Shown here piece by piece: positions 10,315-19,438 of a DNA stretch of 64,000 bases. Origin of the DNA: an uncultured Gemmatimonadales bacterium (GTDB lineage Bacteria > Gemmatimonadota > Gemmatimonadetes > Longimicrobiales > RSA9); assembly GCA_963741945.1 (NCBI GenBank), contig CAVUKA010000003.1, positions 529,051 through 593,050 of the forward strand, in the 5' to 3' direction. How positions within the stretch are numbered: the stretch's first letter is position 1; every line of letters begins with the position of its first letter. Under the pieces are notes generated by a model that made no database searches, was not told where the DNA came from, and worked only from the letters and a program-made list of their open reading frames with translations. Made by a program: the position numbers and the translations under genes.

Positions 10315-11399
10315 GGGCCGCGGGGCGCCGAAAGAAGGTAATCGCGCTCCACGTCGCCATTCTCATCGAAGGCGATCGGGCCGGTGAGCCCCCGGAAGGG
10401 AGGCCGCTCCCGGCCGAGAGACATGAGGTAGCGCCGCAGCTGTGGTCCGGTGCGCGCCCCCGCAGCGGCGCCCGCCAACACGAGCGACATGGCGTCGTAG
10501 CTCAGCGCGTCGCCGCTCGTGGGCTCGTTGTGGAAGCGGCGGCGATACCGCTCGCGGAAGTCGCGCAGCTCCGGAGTGGCGTCGAGCCGCACGATTTCCG
10601 GGAAGACCACGTTGTCCCACAGCGCGGGATCGGGGGCGAGGTGCGCCGCCTCGGCCACGGCATCACTTCCGACCACCACGATCCCACCGAGCCCTCTTCG
10701 GATCTCGGGCAGGTAGCGGTTCAGGACATCCGCCCGCCCGAGCCAGAGCAGGAGGTCCGGCGACGCGTGCGTCAGCGTCCGGATGGAGCGGGCAATGGTC
10801 GCCGAATCCGCGCGCGCGTCCAGATGCGGGATTTCGACCACCTGCTCGAAAAGCGTCGTGTCGAGCGCCACCAGGAGGCCATCGCGGAGCCCCCGTCCGT
10901 AGTCGTCGTTGACGTAGAGGATCGCGATCCTGGCGCCGGCCGGGCGCATCCGGACCAGCTGGGCAGCCAGGAAGGCGCTCTGGCGCCGGTCCGGCGGCAC
11001 GAGACGGAAACTGAACGGTCCGGCCTCCGAGTACACCTCCGCGGACGTGGTCGGCGCGATCTGGACCACGCGCTCAGCATTGTAGATCTGGGACGCGGCG
11101 AGGCTCGCGCCGCTGTTGGAGTGCCCGATCACCGCCATCATCCCGGGGAGCGCCGCGAACCGGCGCGCCGTCCCGATGGCGGGCGCGGGGCGGGACCCCT
11201 GGTCTGCCACGAAGAGCGTGTCGAACGGCGCCGGCTGGCTCGCATCCTGGAGCGCCAGCCGGGCGGCGTCGAGAAAGGCGCCGCTGCTGGAGACGCCCAC
11301 GGCAGGCGGGGCGCTCCGCCCGCACCCGGGCACGAGGAGGATGGCCGAGAGAAGGGCCACTATGAGCGGCGCGGTTGAGCGACGGTTTCGCTGCTCCAT
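10311..11399 (-). CDS. Periplasmic solute-binding lipoprotein, type 1 PBP (Leu/Ile/Val-binding-like)
   Basis: Start moved to an internal ATG (11399) that gives the lipoprotein signal MEQRNRRSTAPLIVALLSAILLVPGCG. Body contains IGHSNSGASLAASQIYNAERVVQIAPTTS. The stop overlaps the downstream kinase start (ATGA at 10311-10314). Confidence 0.7.
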   Translation of the reverse strand: MEQRNRRSTAPLIVALLSAILLVPGCGRSAPPAVGVSSSGAFLDAARLALQDASQPAPFDTLFVADQGSRPAPAIGTARRFAALPGMMAVIGHSNSGASLAASQIYNAERVVQIAPTTSAEVYSEAGPFSFRLVPPDRRQSAFLAAQLVRMRPAGARIAILYVNDDYGRGLRDGLLVALDTTLFEQVVEIPHLDARADSATIARSIRTLTHASPDLLLWLGRADVLNRYLPEIRRGLGGIVVVGSDAVAEAAHLAPDPALWDNVVFPEIVRLDATPELRDFRERYRRRFHNEPTSGDALSYDAMSLVLAGAAAGARTGPQLRRYLMSLGRERPPFRGLTGPIAFDENGDVERDYLLSAPRGP

Positions 11400-11520
11400 G
11401 ACAGTGGCTTGAACGGGAAACGTTCCGAACACGCGAGCGCGCGCACCTGTTGACACAGGATCGGCCGGTCGCCGCCAGTCTTGAGGCGCGGCGTCCGGCC
11501 GACCGTGGCGAACCCACGTG

Positions 11521-12804
11521 CTACATGGCCTCGAGCGCCTGCTCGAGGTCGGCGATGATGTCCTCGGGGTGCTCCACACCCACGGAGATCCGGATCATGG
11601 CGGGCGTGATGCCGATCGCCGCCTGGTGGGCCGGCTCGACGTCGGCGTGGGTCATCGTGGCCGGGTGCTCGATGAGCGTCTCCGTCCCTCCCAGGCTGAC
11701 CGCCAGCTTCGCGATCCGGAGCGCGTTCAGGACGCGAAACGCTTCCGCCTCACCGCCATCCACCTCGAAGGCGAAGGTCCCCCCCGGTGCGATGCATTGC
11801 CGCTGATAGACTGCGTGTTGCGGGTCATCGCGGTCCAGGAATCCGAGATAATGGACGTGGCGGACCTTGGGGTGATCGGCCAGGAACTCGGCCACATAGC
11901 GGGCGTTCTTCATCTGACTGGTCATGCGCAGCTTGAGCGTCTCGAGGGAGCGCATGAGCAGCCACCCTGTCCACGGGTCGGCCATGGTGCCGAACATCGT
12001 GCGCATTCCCGCGACCTCCGCCACGCGGCCCTCATCACCCAGGACAGCCCCGGCAATGAGGTCGCTGTGCCCGCCCACGTACTTGGTCAGCGAGTAGATC
12101 ACCAGGTCGGCCCCGTGCTCCAGCGGACGCTGCCAGAGCGGGCCGAGGAACGTGTTGTCCACGACGACGACGGGGCGGCGGCCGTCGTCGTCGGCAGCGC
12201 TGGCGGCGAGCTCCGCGCAATGCTCGATGTCCACCAGCGCGTTCGTGGGGTTGGCCGGGGTTTCCACGAAGATCACCGCCACGCGACCTGCCTTCTTCGC
12301 CTCCTCGACGGCGCCCTCGAGCGCCCCTTCCGCGCCGGCCCGGAAGCCGAAGCGCTTGATGCCGAACTGGGGCAGGATCTTGAGCAGGAGGAACTCGGTA
12401 CCGCCGTACACGGGCTCGCTGTGCACGATGCAGTCGCCCGGCCGGAGGAACGTGAAGAACGTGGTGGCCAGCGCGGCCATGCCGCTGGAGAAGACCAGCG
12501 ACCGCTCCGCGCCGTCCCAGAGCGCCAGCCGGTCCTCGAGGATCTCCAGGTCCGGGTTGTTGAGCCGCGAGTAGATCAGGCCCGGCTGCTCGGCCGGGTG
12601 CGGCTCCCGAAGCCCGTACGCCAGCTCGAAAAAGGCCTTCCCCTCCTCGGCGCTCTTGAAGACGAACGTGGAGGTCTGGAAGATCGGACACTTCACCGAC
12701 CCCTCGGAGAGGTGGGGGTTGTAGCCGTACCCCATCATCAGCGTCTCGGGACGCAGGTCGTGCCCGCCGATCCTGCGATGCTTCGTATCCTTCGATTCAC
12801 TCAT
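11521..12804 (-). CDS. PLP-dependent Cys/Met metabolism enzyme (methionine gamma-lyase / cystathionine gamma-synthase family)
   Basis: Start set at MSESKDTKHRRIGG (ATG 12804); the longer 758-aa track ORF is a spurious upstream extension. Contains NPDLEILEDRLALWDGAERSLVFSSGMAA and the PLP-lysine motif YSLTKYVGGHSDLIAG. Confidence 0.85.
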   Translation of the reverse strand: MSESKDTKHRRIGGHDLRPETLMMGYGYNPHLSEGSVKCPIFQTSTFVFKSAEEGKAFFELAYGLREPHPAEQPGLIYSRLNNPDLEILEDRLALWDGAERSLVFSSGMAALATTFFTFLRPGDCIVHSEPVYGGTEFLLLKILPQFGIKRFGFRAGAEGALEGAVEEAKKAGRVAVIFVETPANPTNALVDIEHCAELAASAADDDGRRPVVVVDNTFLGPLWQRPLEHGADLVIYSLTKYVGGHSDLIAGAVLGDEGRVAEVAGMRTMFGTMADPWTGWLLMRSLETLKLRMTSQMKNARYVAEFLADHPKVRHVHYLGFLDRDDPQHAVYQRQCIAPGGTFAFEVDGGEAEAFRVLNALRIAKLAVSLGGTETLIEHPATMTHADVEPAHQAAIGITPAMIRISVGVEHPEDIIADLEQALEAM

Positions 12805-12864
12805 GGTCGACTCCGGTGACGTGGCTGGGCTTCGCCCGGATAGCGTAGCATCATCCCGCCCTGC

Positions 12865-13836
12865 TTGCGAGCCGCGCGACGGCCGTCCAGCTTCGATGCC
12901 GTGAGCGATTCGAGAGAGGAAGCCCGGTTCCGCGAGATCCACCGCCGCGTCCACGCGGAGCACCCGCGCTGCCAGGCGGACGAATGGCTGTCGGAGCCGT
13001 GTCGAGTGCGGGACGGGACCGCGGCCGATCGGCCCATTTCCTGGTCGCGACGCAACGGGCCGTGGAGGCGCGTGGACGTGCTGTGGGTTGGCGCGGCGCC
13101 GGGGAACGCCGGCGGGCGGGGCCACGGGAGCATGGGGGCCCACGCCACGCGCATTCCCTTCGGCGGCGACATCGCCGGCGGAAACCTCGACGTGCTCCTC
13201 TCCGCCGCCGGGCTCGACCGCAATCGCACGTTCATCGTCGCGGCGCTCAACCAGCTGCCGGAACGTGGTGGTGGCGAGCCGCGCGTTGCCGAGCTGCGCG
13301 CCCCTGTCGGGGACTACGCGTCCAGCTTCCACGTGCTCCGGGACACGATCATCGCGGCCGGGCCCAGGCTCCTCGTCGCCCTCGGCAACGTGGCCATCCG
13401 GAGCACCCTTGCCGCCGCGCGGCTGGCGGCGCGGCCCCGGCTCACGCTCCCGGGGCTCGTGAAGCCGGACGCGGCCGGGCTGGAGCGCGGGCGGGCCGCG
13501 CCTTGGCCTGACGACTTCCCGCCGGACGACGAATTCGAATGCACCTGGCGCGAGGCGTGGGGCGACGCTCCATATCCGCGGCTCCTCTGGCTCCTGCACC
13601 CGAGCGCCCAGAACATGAGCCCGTACGCGGGCACGGACACGGTCTTCCACGGCCGCATGGTGGAGACGGTGAGGCAGCTGCGGACGGCAATGGAAGACGT
13701 GCTCGGCCGGCCGCCGCCGCAGCCGCGCCCATCCATCCCCTCCGGTCCCGGGATCTACGCGCTCCGTGAATGGCGGGACGCCGTGGGCGAGCGCCACGCC
13801 GAGCTGGACCGGCTCTGGCGCGACAAGGGCGTTTGA
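12865..13836 (+). CDS. Uracil-DNA glycosylase superfamily protein (divergent)
   Basis: VDVLWVGAAPGNAGG...RIPFGGDIAGGNLDVLL resembles UDG motif A with the PF-G-AG-L segment. WLLHPSAQNMSPY resembles HPS motif B. The start (TTG 12865 or GTG 12901) is uncertain. Confidence 0.55.
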   Translation: MRAARRPSSFDAVSDSREEARFREIHRRVHAEHPRCQADEWLSEPCRVRDGTAADRPISWSRRNGPWRRVDVLWVGAAPGNAGGRGHGSMGAHATRIPFGGDIAGGNLDVLLSAAGLDRNRTFIVAALNQLPERGGGEPRVAELRAPVGDYASSFHVLRDTIIAAGPRLLVALGNVAIRSTLAAARLAARPRLTLPGLVKPDAAGLERGRAAPWPDDFPPDDEFECTWREAWGDAPYPRLLWLLHPSAQNMSPYAGTDTVFHGRMVETVRQLRTAMEDVLGRPPPQPRPSIPSGPGIYALREWRDAVGERHAELDRLWRDKGV

Positions 13837-13922
13837 GGGCCGGAGAACAGATCGGCGGTAACGCGTTCGGCGCGAAAGTCAAGCGGTTGATGGGCAGCGC
13901 CCGAGCGTTTACCGTTCGGGCC

Positions 13923-14240
13923 ATGATCTATCCCAGGCGACAGACACTGCTTCGGAGCCGGATCCCGACGGTCCGTGTCCGCCTTGCCACCGACAATGGC
14001 GAGACGAGCCTGCGCGTGCGCTGGCGCGAGCGCCCCATCGACCTCCAGCGCCGCATCCTCTACCTGTTGCGACAGGGCAAGCCGATCTGGCTCGAGGACG
14101 AATGGGGACACGGGATCTGCTTCAAGCCCGAGTGCGTCTGGGGCGCGGCCGTGGACGGCCGCACGGACGCGCAGACGGCAGGGGTCAGCGACGCGGTGCG
14201 TCCTGGCGGGGTGCGTCCTTCTCCCGCGCCGGGGCGGTGA
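13923..14240 (+). CDS. Hypothetical small protein
   Basis: Internal ATG of track ORF 13770..14240 (MIYPRRQTLLRSRIPTVRVRLATDNGETSLRVRWRERPIDLQRRILYLLRQGKPIWLEDEWGHGICF). Its 3-prime end overlaps the convergent gene by ~56 nt. Weak call. Confidence 0.3.
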   Translation: MIYPRRQTLLRSRIPTVRVRLATDNGETSLRVRWRERPIDLQRRILYLLRQGKPIWLEDEWGHGICFKPECVWGAAVDGRTDAQTAGVSDAVRPGGVRPSPAPGR

Positions 14241-14886
14241 ACACCACCGGGATGCGAACGATCACGCGCACGGCCTGATCCCGGTTGCGGGCAGGGCGGA
14301 ACCGCATCGCCTCCGCCACTTCCAGTGCCAGCGTGTCCAGCGCCGGGTGCCCGCACGATGCAGAGAGCACCCCCCGCACTACCCGCCCTTCCTCATCCAG
14401 CCACAGGCGCAGCACTGACTCGCCCGCGACGCCCCGCGCCGCCAGCTCCTGGGGGTAGCGCTCCTTGATCAACGCTTTCACATCGGCCGTGTTCAGCAAC
14501 GCCGGGAGCGTGTACTCCACCTGGAACGGCTGGAAGTCCGACAGCGGTGCCGGCGCCGGTCCGGGCAGCGCGTCGAGTGTGATGTCCAGCCGGAGCTGCC
14601 GACCGGCCGGGATCGACACCACCACGTCCACGGAGTCGTGGCCCGGGTGCGCCACGCGCAGCCGCCAGCGCCCCGGCTCGATCCCATCCAGCCGATAGCT
14701 GCCATCGGCATCCGTCCAGTCGGAAACGGTGTCGCCCAGGATGCGCACGTGGGCGTACGCGATCGCATGCCCATCGTCCGAGCTCCGGACGACGCCGGAG
14801 ACCGAGCCCACCGCACCCACCGCACCCTGCCCCGCCGGCGATGATAGCAGTGCCACCGACAGGAGCGCGGCCGTCCATATGCTCAT
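14185..14886 (-). CDS. Secreted protein with a carboxypeptidase-regulatory-like domain fused to a TonB C-terminal domain
   Basis: Signal peptide MSIWTAALLSVALLSSPA. SGVVRSSDDGHAIAYAHVRILGDTVSDWTDADGSYRLDGIEPGRWRLRV matches the CarboxypepD_reg pattern. C-terminus YPQELAARGVAGESVLRLWLDEEGRVV...HPALDTLALEVAEAMRFRPA matches the TonB_C pattern. Confidence 0.7.
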   Translation of the reverse strand: MSIWTAALLSVALLSSPAGQGAVGAVGSVSGVVRSSDDGHAIAYAHVRILGDTVSDWTDADGSYRLDGIEPGRWRLRVAHPGHDSVDVVVSIPAGRQLRLDITLDALPGPAPAPLSDFQPFQVEYTLPALLNTADVKALIKERYPQELAARGVAGESVLRLWLDEEGRVVRGVLSASCGHPALDTLALEVAEAMRFRPARNRDQAVRVIVRIPVVFTAPAREKDAPRQDAPRR

Positions 14887-15614
14887 GGCCAGATCAGCTC
14901 CCCACCCGACTCCCGCGCGGGCACGAGCGCCCGCAGCTTCCCGTCCGACAACTCCGCGTACACGTCGCCATTCACCACCAGGCGAGCGTAGGTGACGCTT
15001 TCGGGCAGCTCGATCAGCAGCTCTCCGCCGGCAACACCCCGCACCCCGATCCGGCCACGGCCGGTCTCGAACCGGGGCTCGGCGGCCGCACCCACCACGG
15101 ACACGGACGCTTCATCGACGGACGTCTGCCGGAGGCGGATGGTGACCTGCTCCACGTCCTCGAGCGTGACGTCCAGCGCCCCGCCTGACGGGATCACGGC
15201 TACGCCGGCGGGCATCGGCGGTTCCTCCACCCGCGCTGCCGACACGGTCGGCGGCGCCACCGCCGGGGCGGCGCCCCCGACCACCTGCCGCACCCAGCCC
15301 CGGACCGGCGATCCGGGAACCGCCGCCGACGCCGCCGCGGCCACCGCCAGAATCAGCCCGGCCGCTTTGGCCAGCGAGCCCACCCCCCTCCCTCCACCCC
15401 ACCGCGCCGCCCGCGCCACACCCTCGGGCTCCGCTTCCTCGTCGAGCAGCGAAACGGCAGCCGAGAACACCGCGCTCGCCCGCTTCAGCTCCTCGTGCGA
15501 GCCGCGGCACTGCTCGCAGGCCAGCATGTGCTCCGCCGCGGCCCCACGCTCCGCCGTGGGCAGCTCGTCATCCAGAAACGCTTGCAGCGTCCCCTCATCC
15601 AGATGATTCGTCAT
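14883..15614 (-). CDS. Anti-sigma factor (zf-HC2 type, single TM)
   Basis: N-terminus LQAFLDDELPTAERGAAAEHMLACEQCRGSHEELK. ATGA overlaps with both neighbours (15611-15614 and 14883-14886). Confidence 0.75.
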   Translation of the reverse strand: MTNHLDEGTLQAFLDDELPTAERGAAAEHMLACEQCRGSHEELKRASAVFSAAVSLLDEEAEPEGVARAARWGGGRGVGSLAKAAGLILAVAAAASAAVPGSPVRGWVRQVVGGAAPAVAPPTVSAARVEEPPMPAGVAVIPSGGALDVTLEDVEQVTIRLRQTSVDEASVSVVGAAAEPRFETGRGRIGVRGVAGGELLIELPESVTYARLVVNGDVYAELSDGKLRALVPARESGGELIWP

Positions 15615-16105
15615 GTACCCGTCACTTTGGCGCGCGACCCCCTGTACGCCTGCGCGAACCGTTTCGCGGCTCGCGCCAGCAGCGTCCCCACCGAGCCCGG
15701 GGCTACTTCGACGGCGCGCGCAATCTCTTCGTATTTGAACCCTTCTTCCCGCATCAACAGCATCGTGCGGTCCCGCTCCGGCAGCACCTCCAGCGCCGCC
15801 CGCACCGCCGCGACCCGCTCCCGCCGCTCCGTGGCTTCATCGGGGTGCGGTGCGTGTCCCGGCCGAGGGACGTAGATCTCCAGGCGACGATGGCGCTCCG
15901 CCTTTCTCGCCCGGTCCCGCACCAGATTCGTCGCCACCGTGAACAGCCACGGACGCACTTCCTCCCTCGGCAGCGACTGATCGGTCAGGCGCACGAACGC
16001 CTCCTGTGCCGCGTCCTCCGCCGCATCCGCGTCTCCCGTGAGTCGGTGCAGGTAGCGCAACAGCGCCGGGTGGAGGTCGCGGAAGAGCGCATCAAAGTCC
16101 GTCAT
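15611..16105 (-). CDS. ECF-type RNA polymerase sigma factor
   Basis: 164-aa ORF. LRYLHRLTGDADAAEDAAQEAFVRL and RPWLFTVATNLVRDRARK (region 2), then YEEIARAVEVAPGSVGTLLARAAKRF (region 4). Confidence 0.85.
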   Translation of the reverse strand: MTDFDALFRDLHPALLRYLHRLTGDADAAEDAAQEAFVRLTDQSLPREEVRPWLFTVATNLVRDRARKAERHRRLEIYVPRPGHAPHPDEATERRERVAAVRAALEVLPERDRTMLLMREEGFKYEEIARAVEVAPGSVGTLLARAAKRFAQAYRGSRAKVTGT

Positions 16106-16162
16106 CGACCGCCCTCCCGGCCCCCGGCAGAAGAACGCGCGTGGCCCGGTGCCTGTGACACA

Positions 16163-17701
16163 TCAGGGGCCGCCGCGGAGGAGCCCCCAGAGACCGCGGG
16201 CGCGGGCCGTGGCACCGGAGCCGTGAAGGAGGTGAACGAGGGCGCGGGCGCGTCCGACGCCGAAGCGGCGGAAGGGGAAGCCGCCCACGGGCTCGCGGGT
16301 CAGGCCAGCGCGGTCGATGAGGACGGCGCGGGTCTGGGTCATCTCCCGCAGTCCCTCCTCGCCGTGGACGCGGCCATAGCCGCTCTCGCCCATGCCGCCG
16401 AAGGGGAGACCGGGGACGTCGGCGTGGAAGAGGACATCGTTGACGGAGACCATTCCGGCGCGGAGCCGGCGCACCAGTTTCTCGCCGCGGCGGCGTCCCG
16501 TCCAGATGCTTGCGGCCAGCGCGTAAGGGGAGTCGTTGGCCAGTCGGATGGCCTCTTCGGCGTCGGCCACTTTCATGACGGGCATGACGGGGCCGAAGCT
16601 CTCCTCGCGCATGATGGTCATGGAGTGGTCGGCGTCGGCCACCACGGCGGGGGCGAAGTGGCGCCCCGGCCCCGGGAGCCGGTATCCCCCGGCGAGGATC
16701 CGGGCGCCGCGCTCGCGAGCGTCCTCGATCTGCCGCTCGAGGCGAGTCATCTGCGCCTCGGTGGTGACTGCGCCAATGTCGCCATCCGGCCCCGCCGCGT
16801 TCGCCATCGTCAGCGCCTCGGTCTCCGCCACCGCCCGCTCGAGGAAGCGGTCGTAGATGGGCGCTTCCACGTACACCCGCTCGACGGCGATGCAGATCTG
16901 ACCGGCGTTCCAGAAGGATCCCATCACGGCCATGTTCGCGGCCCGGTCCAGGTCCGCATCGGCCAGAACGACCATGGCGTTCTTCCCGCCCAGCTCCAGG
17001 ACCACGGGCACGAGGCGCCGGGCCGCGGCAGCGGCCACCTTCCGGCCATTCAGCGCCGAGCCGGTGAAGCTGATCTTGTCGATGTCGCCGCCCACGAGGG
17101 CCGCCCCCGTGCCGCCGTCGCCGGTGGCGACGAGGAAGACGTCCTCGGGAAAGCCCGCGTCGAGGGCGATCTCGCGCATCAGGAGCGCACAGAGCGGCGA
17201 CAGCTCCGACGGCTTGAGCACCACGGTATTGCCCGTGACCAGCGCGGCCATGACGGCGCGCATCGGGTTGAATATCGGGAAGTTCCAGGGCGAGATGATC
17301 CCGACCACGCCGAACGGCTCGTGCTCCACCAGCCCCTTTTTCGTGACAATCCAGGAGCGGACCTGCTGGCGCCGCATGACCTTCTCCACCCGGCGGCCGT
17401 AGAAGCGGGCGAGATCGAGCGTGGGGAGCACATCACCGAGGAGTCCCTCGTATACCGTCTTTCCCGACTCCCGACTGCTGAGCTCGGCGGCCTCATCCGC
17501 GCGCGCGGCGAGGGTTTGCCGGAAAGCGTCGAGCAGCCGCGCGCGGCCGGCATGACCGCGCGCGGCCCAGTCGGGCTGCGCGGCACGGGCCCGGGCCAGG
17601 AGGCCCCGGACAGAAGCTTCGTCCATGTTGGGGACGCGTTCCAGGATCTCGCCGTCGGCGGGGGCGCGAACTTCGATCTCCGCCGGCCGCCCTTCGCTCA
17701 C
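16163..17701 (-). CDS. NAD(P)-dependent aldehyde dehydrogenase
   Basis: Start set at GTG 17701, which forms a GTGA overlap with the upstream gene. Motifs FGVVGIISPWNFPIFNP, VLELGGKNAMVV and the catalytic-Cys region FWNAGQICIAVERVYV. Confidence 0.85.
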   Translation of the reverse strand: MSEGRPAEIEVRAPADGEILERVPNMDEASVRGLLARARAAQPDWAARGHAGRARLLDAFRQTLAARADEAAELSSRESGKTVYEGLLGDVLPTLDLARFYGRRVEKVMRRQQVRSWIVTKKGLVEHEPFGVVGIISPWNFPIFNPMRAVMAALVTGNTVVLKPSELSPLCALLMREIALDAGFPEDVFLVATGDGGTGAALVGGDIDKISFTGSALNGRKVAAAAARRLVPVVLELGGKNAMVVLADADLDRAANMAVMGSFWNAGQICIAVERVYVEAPIYDRFLERAVAETEALTMANAAGPDGDIGAVTTEAQMTRLERQIEDARERGARILAGGYRLPGPGRHFAPAVVADADHSMTIMREESFGPVMPVMKVADAEEAIRLANDSPYALAASIWTGRRRGEKLVRRLRAGMVSVNDVLFHADVPGLPFGGMGESGYGRVHGEEGLREMTQTRAVLIDRAGLTREPVGGFPFRRFGVGRARALVHLLHGSGATARARGLWGLLRGGP

Positions 17702-18318
17702 GAGATCGGCTCCAGCGGGATCAGGACCCGGCTGTCCTGCCATTCCAGGACGATCCCGGGCGGCGCGCGGTGCAACGTGAGCTGCTCGACCTGCGGCTCC
17801 ACGCGCTCGACAGTGACCGGCGCGCGGCCCACTTCCTGGGCGCGGACCTCCGCTGTGTAGTTCGACTCGTGGCCCCACTGGGAAGTGGAGCGGTTCACGA
17901 TCAGCGTCCACTCGTCGCCCGCGCGGGGGACCGTGTAGATCGAATAGGCGCCCGGCTCGATCGCCATCCCGGCAATGCGCACGGGCACCGTGACATGCAG
18001 CGTCGTGGGCTCGTTGGCCCCGGTACGCCAGAGGGTATCGTACGGGACCGACTGGCCTCCGATCATGACGCGGCCGCGGAGCGACGGGCGGCCATAGCAG
18101 ATCTTGGCCTTCCCGGTCCCCACGTCGAACACGATCGAATCGTACGGGCTCGGGCGCCCTTCCAGCGGCATGCGATCCGATGGCTCGCAGGCGGGGGCGA
18201 GCACCACGTTCTGCGCGGTATTGCTGGCGTTCTCGCCGTCGGCGGGGCCACACGCCGTCATGGCGGTGGCCGCCATGGCCGCGAGGATGATCAGCGTCGC
18301 CGGGCTGCTGTTGGACAT
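17698..18318 (-). CDS. Lipoprotein resembling the DUF2911 family
   Basis: Lipobox AMAATAMTACG. ICYGRPSLRGRVMIGGQSVPYDTLWRTGANEPTTLHVTVPVRIAGMAIEPGAYSIYTVP fits my recollection of the DUF2911 pattern. Confidence 0.6.
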   Translation of the reverse strand: MSNSSPATLIILAAMAATAMTACGPADGENASNTAQNVVLAPACEPSDRMPLEGRPSPYDSIVFDVGTGKAKICYGRPSLRGRVMIGGQSVPYDTLWRTGANEPTTLHVTVPVRIAGMAIEPGAYSIYTVPRAGDEWTLIVNRSTSQWGHESNYTAEVRAQEVGRAPVTVERVEPQVEQLTLHRAPPGIVLEWQDSRVLIPLEPIS

Positions 18319-18331
18319 CGGATCTCCTCCG

Positions 18332-19345
18332 TCATGCGCGATAGTACGTCAGTCCCATGGCCTCGCGCACCGCACCCATGGTCTCACGGGCCACGGCACG
18401 CATGCGGGCGTTCCCCGTGTGCAGGATGTCGTCGATCATCCCTTCCCGGGAGGCGAGCTCGGCCCTCCGCTCACGAATCGGATCCAGGAAGGCGTTCAGG
18501 GCGCGGGCGAGCTTCCGCTTCACCTCCACGTCGCCCACGGCCCCCTGGCGGTAGCGGGCCTTCAGGTCGTCCACTTCCGCCACGTCCGGATTGAAGAGGT
18601 CGTGGTAGATGAACACCGGGTTCCCCTCCACGGTGCCCGGGACATCGGCGCGAACCCGCTTCGGGTCCGTGAACATCTTCATGACCTGCGCGTTCACGGT
18701 CTTCTCGTCGTCCGACAGCAGGATGGCGTTTCCCAGGGACTTCGACATCTTGGTCTGCCCATCGATTCCCGGCAGCACCGTGTCGCTGCTGAGCAGCGGA
18801 TCGGGCTCCGGGAAGACCTCACCGTAAAGATAATTGAACCGGCGCGCGATCTCGCGTGTGATCTCCACGTGGGAGAGGTTGTCGCGGCCCACGGGGACCA
18901 CGTGCGCCCGCGGGAGCAGGATGTCCGCCGCCTGGAGGACGGGGTAGCCGACGAGTCCGAACGGGAGGACGTCGAGCCCGGCCGCCTGGGCCATGTCCTT
19001 GATGGTGGGCAGCCGCTCCAGCCGCGGCAGCGTGACCAGCATCTCCAGCAGGAGGTTCAGCTCCGACGTCTCCGGCACCGCGGACTGGACGAAGATGGTG
19101 CTGATCTCCGGATCGATGCCGAGCGCCAGGTAGTCGAGCACCATCTCCCGGATGTTGCCGGGGACCTGCGCCAGGTGCTCCTTTTCGGGTTTCGTGGTGA
19201 GCGTATGCAGGTCCGCGATGATGAAGAAGCACTCCATCTCCCGCTGCAGCCGCACGCGGTTCTGGATACTCCCGACCCAGTGCCCCAGGTGGAGCCGCCC
19301 CGTGGGCCGGTCTCCGGTCAGTACCCGCTTCCTTGCCTCCCCCAT
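18332..19345 (-). CDS. trpS: Tryptophanyl-tRNA synthetase
   Basis: Start set at MGEARKRVLTGDRPTGRLHLGHWVG (ATG 19345). Contains a HIGH-type motif and KMSKS (GQTKMSKSLGN). The 541-aa track ORF is an upstream extension. Confidence 0.9.
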   Translation of the reverse strand: MGEARKRVLTGDRPTGRLHLGHWVGSIQNRVRLQREMECFFIIADLHTLTTKPEKEHLAQVPGNIREMVLDYLALGIDPEISTIFVQSAVPETSELNLLLEMLVTLPRLERLPTIKDMAQAAGLDVLPFGLVGYPVLQAADILLPRAHVVPVGRDNLSHVEITREIARRFNYLYGEVFPEPDPLLSSDTVLPGIDGQTKMSKSLGNAILLSDDEKTVNAQVMKMFTDPKRVRADVPGTVEGNPVFIYHDLFNPDVAEVDDLKARYRQGAVGDVEVKRKLARALNAFLDPIRERRAELASREGMIDDILHTGNARMRAVARETMGAVREAMGLTYYRA

Positions 19346-19438
19346 GCCTCGCGTTCCTCCTCCGCAGCCACTCACCCGCCCCCGCGCCCGCGGGGGAACG
19401 AACTTTGCCCCCTTCCATCCAGAAGGAGGTACCCCGAA

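Noticed and set aside
11521-13797. Maximal track ORFs with long N-terminal extensions (11521..13797, 16163..18253, 18332..19957, 34163..36148, 46880..49477, 49245..50993, 59952..61751, 36382..37401, 39797..41896)
   Set aside because: The extensions are low-complexity and overlap well-supported upstream genes. Family-typical N-termini start at internal ATG/GTG codons, and these often form ATGA/GTGA overlaps with the preceding stop. Starts were trimmed accordingly.
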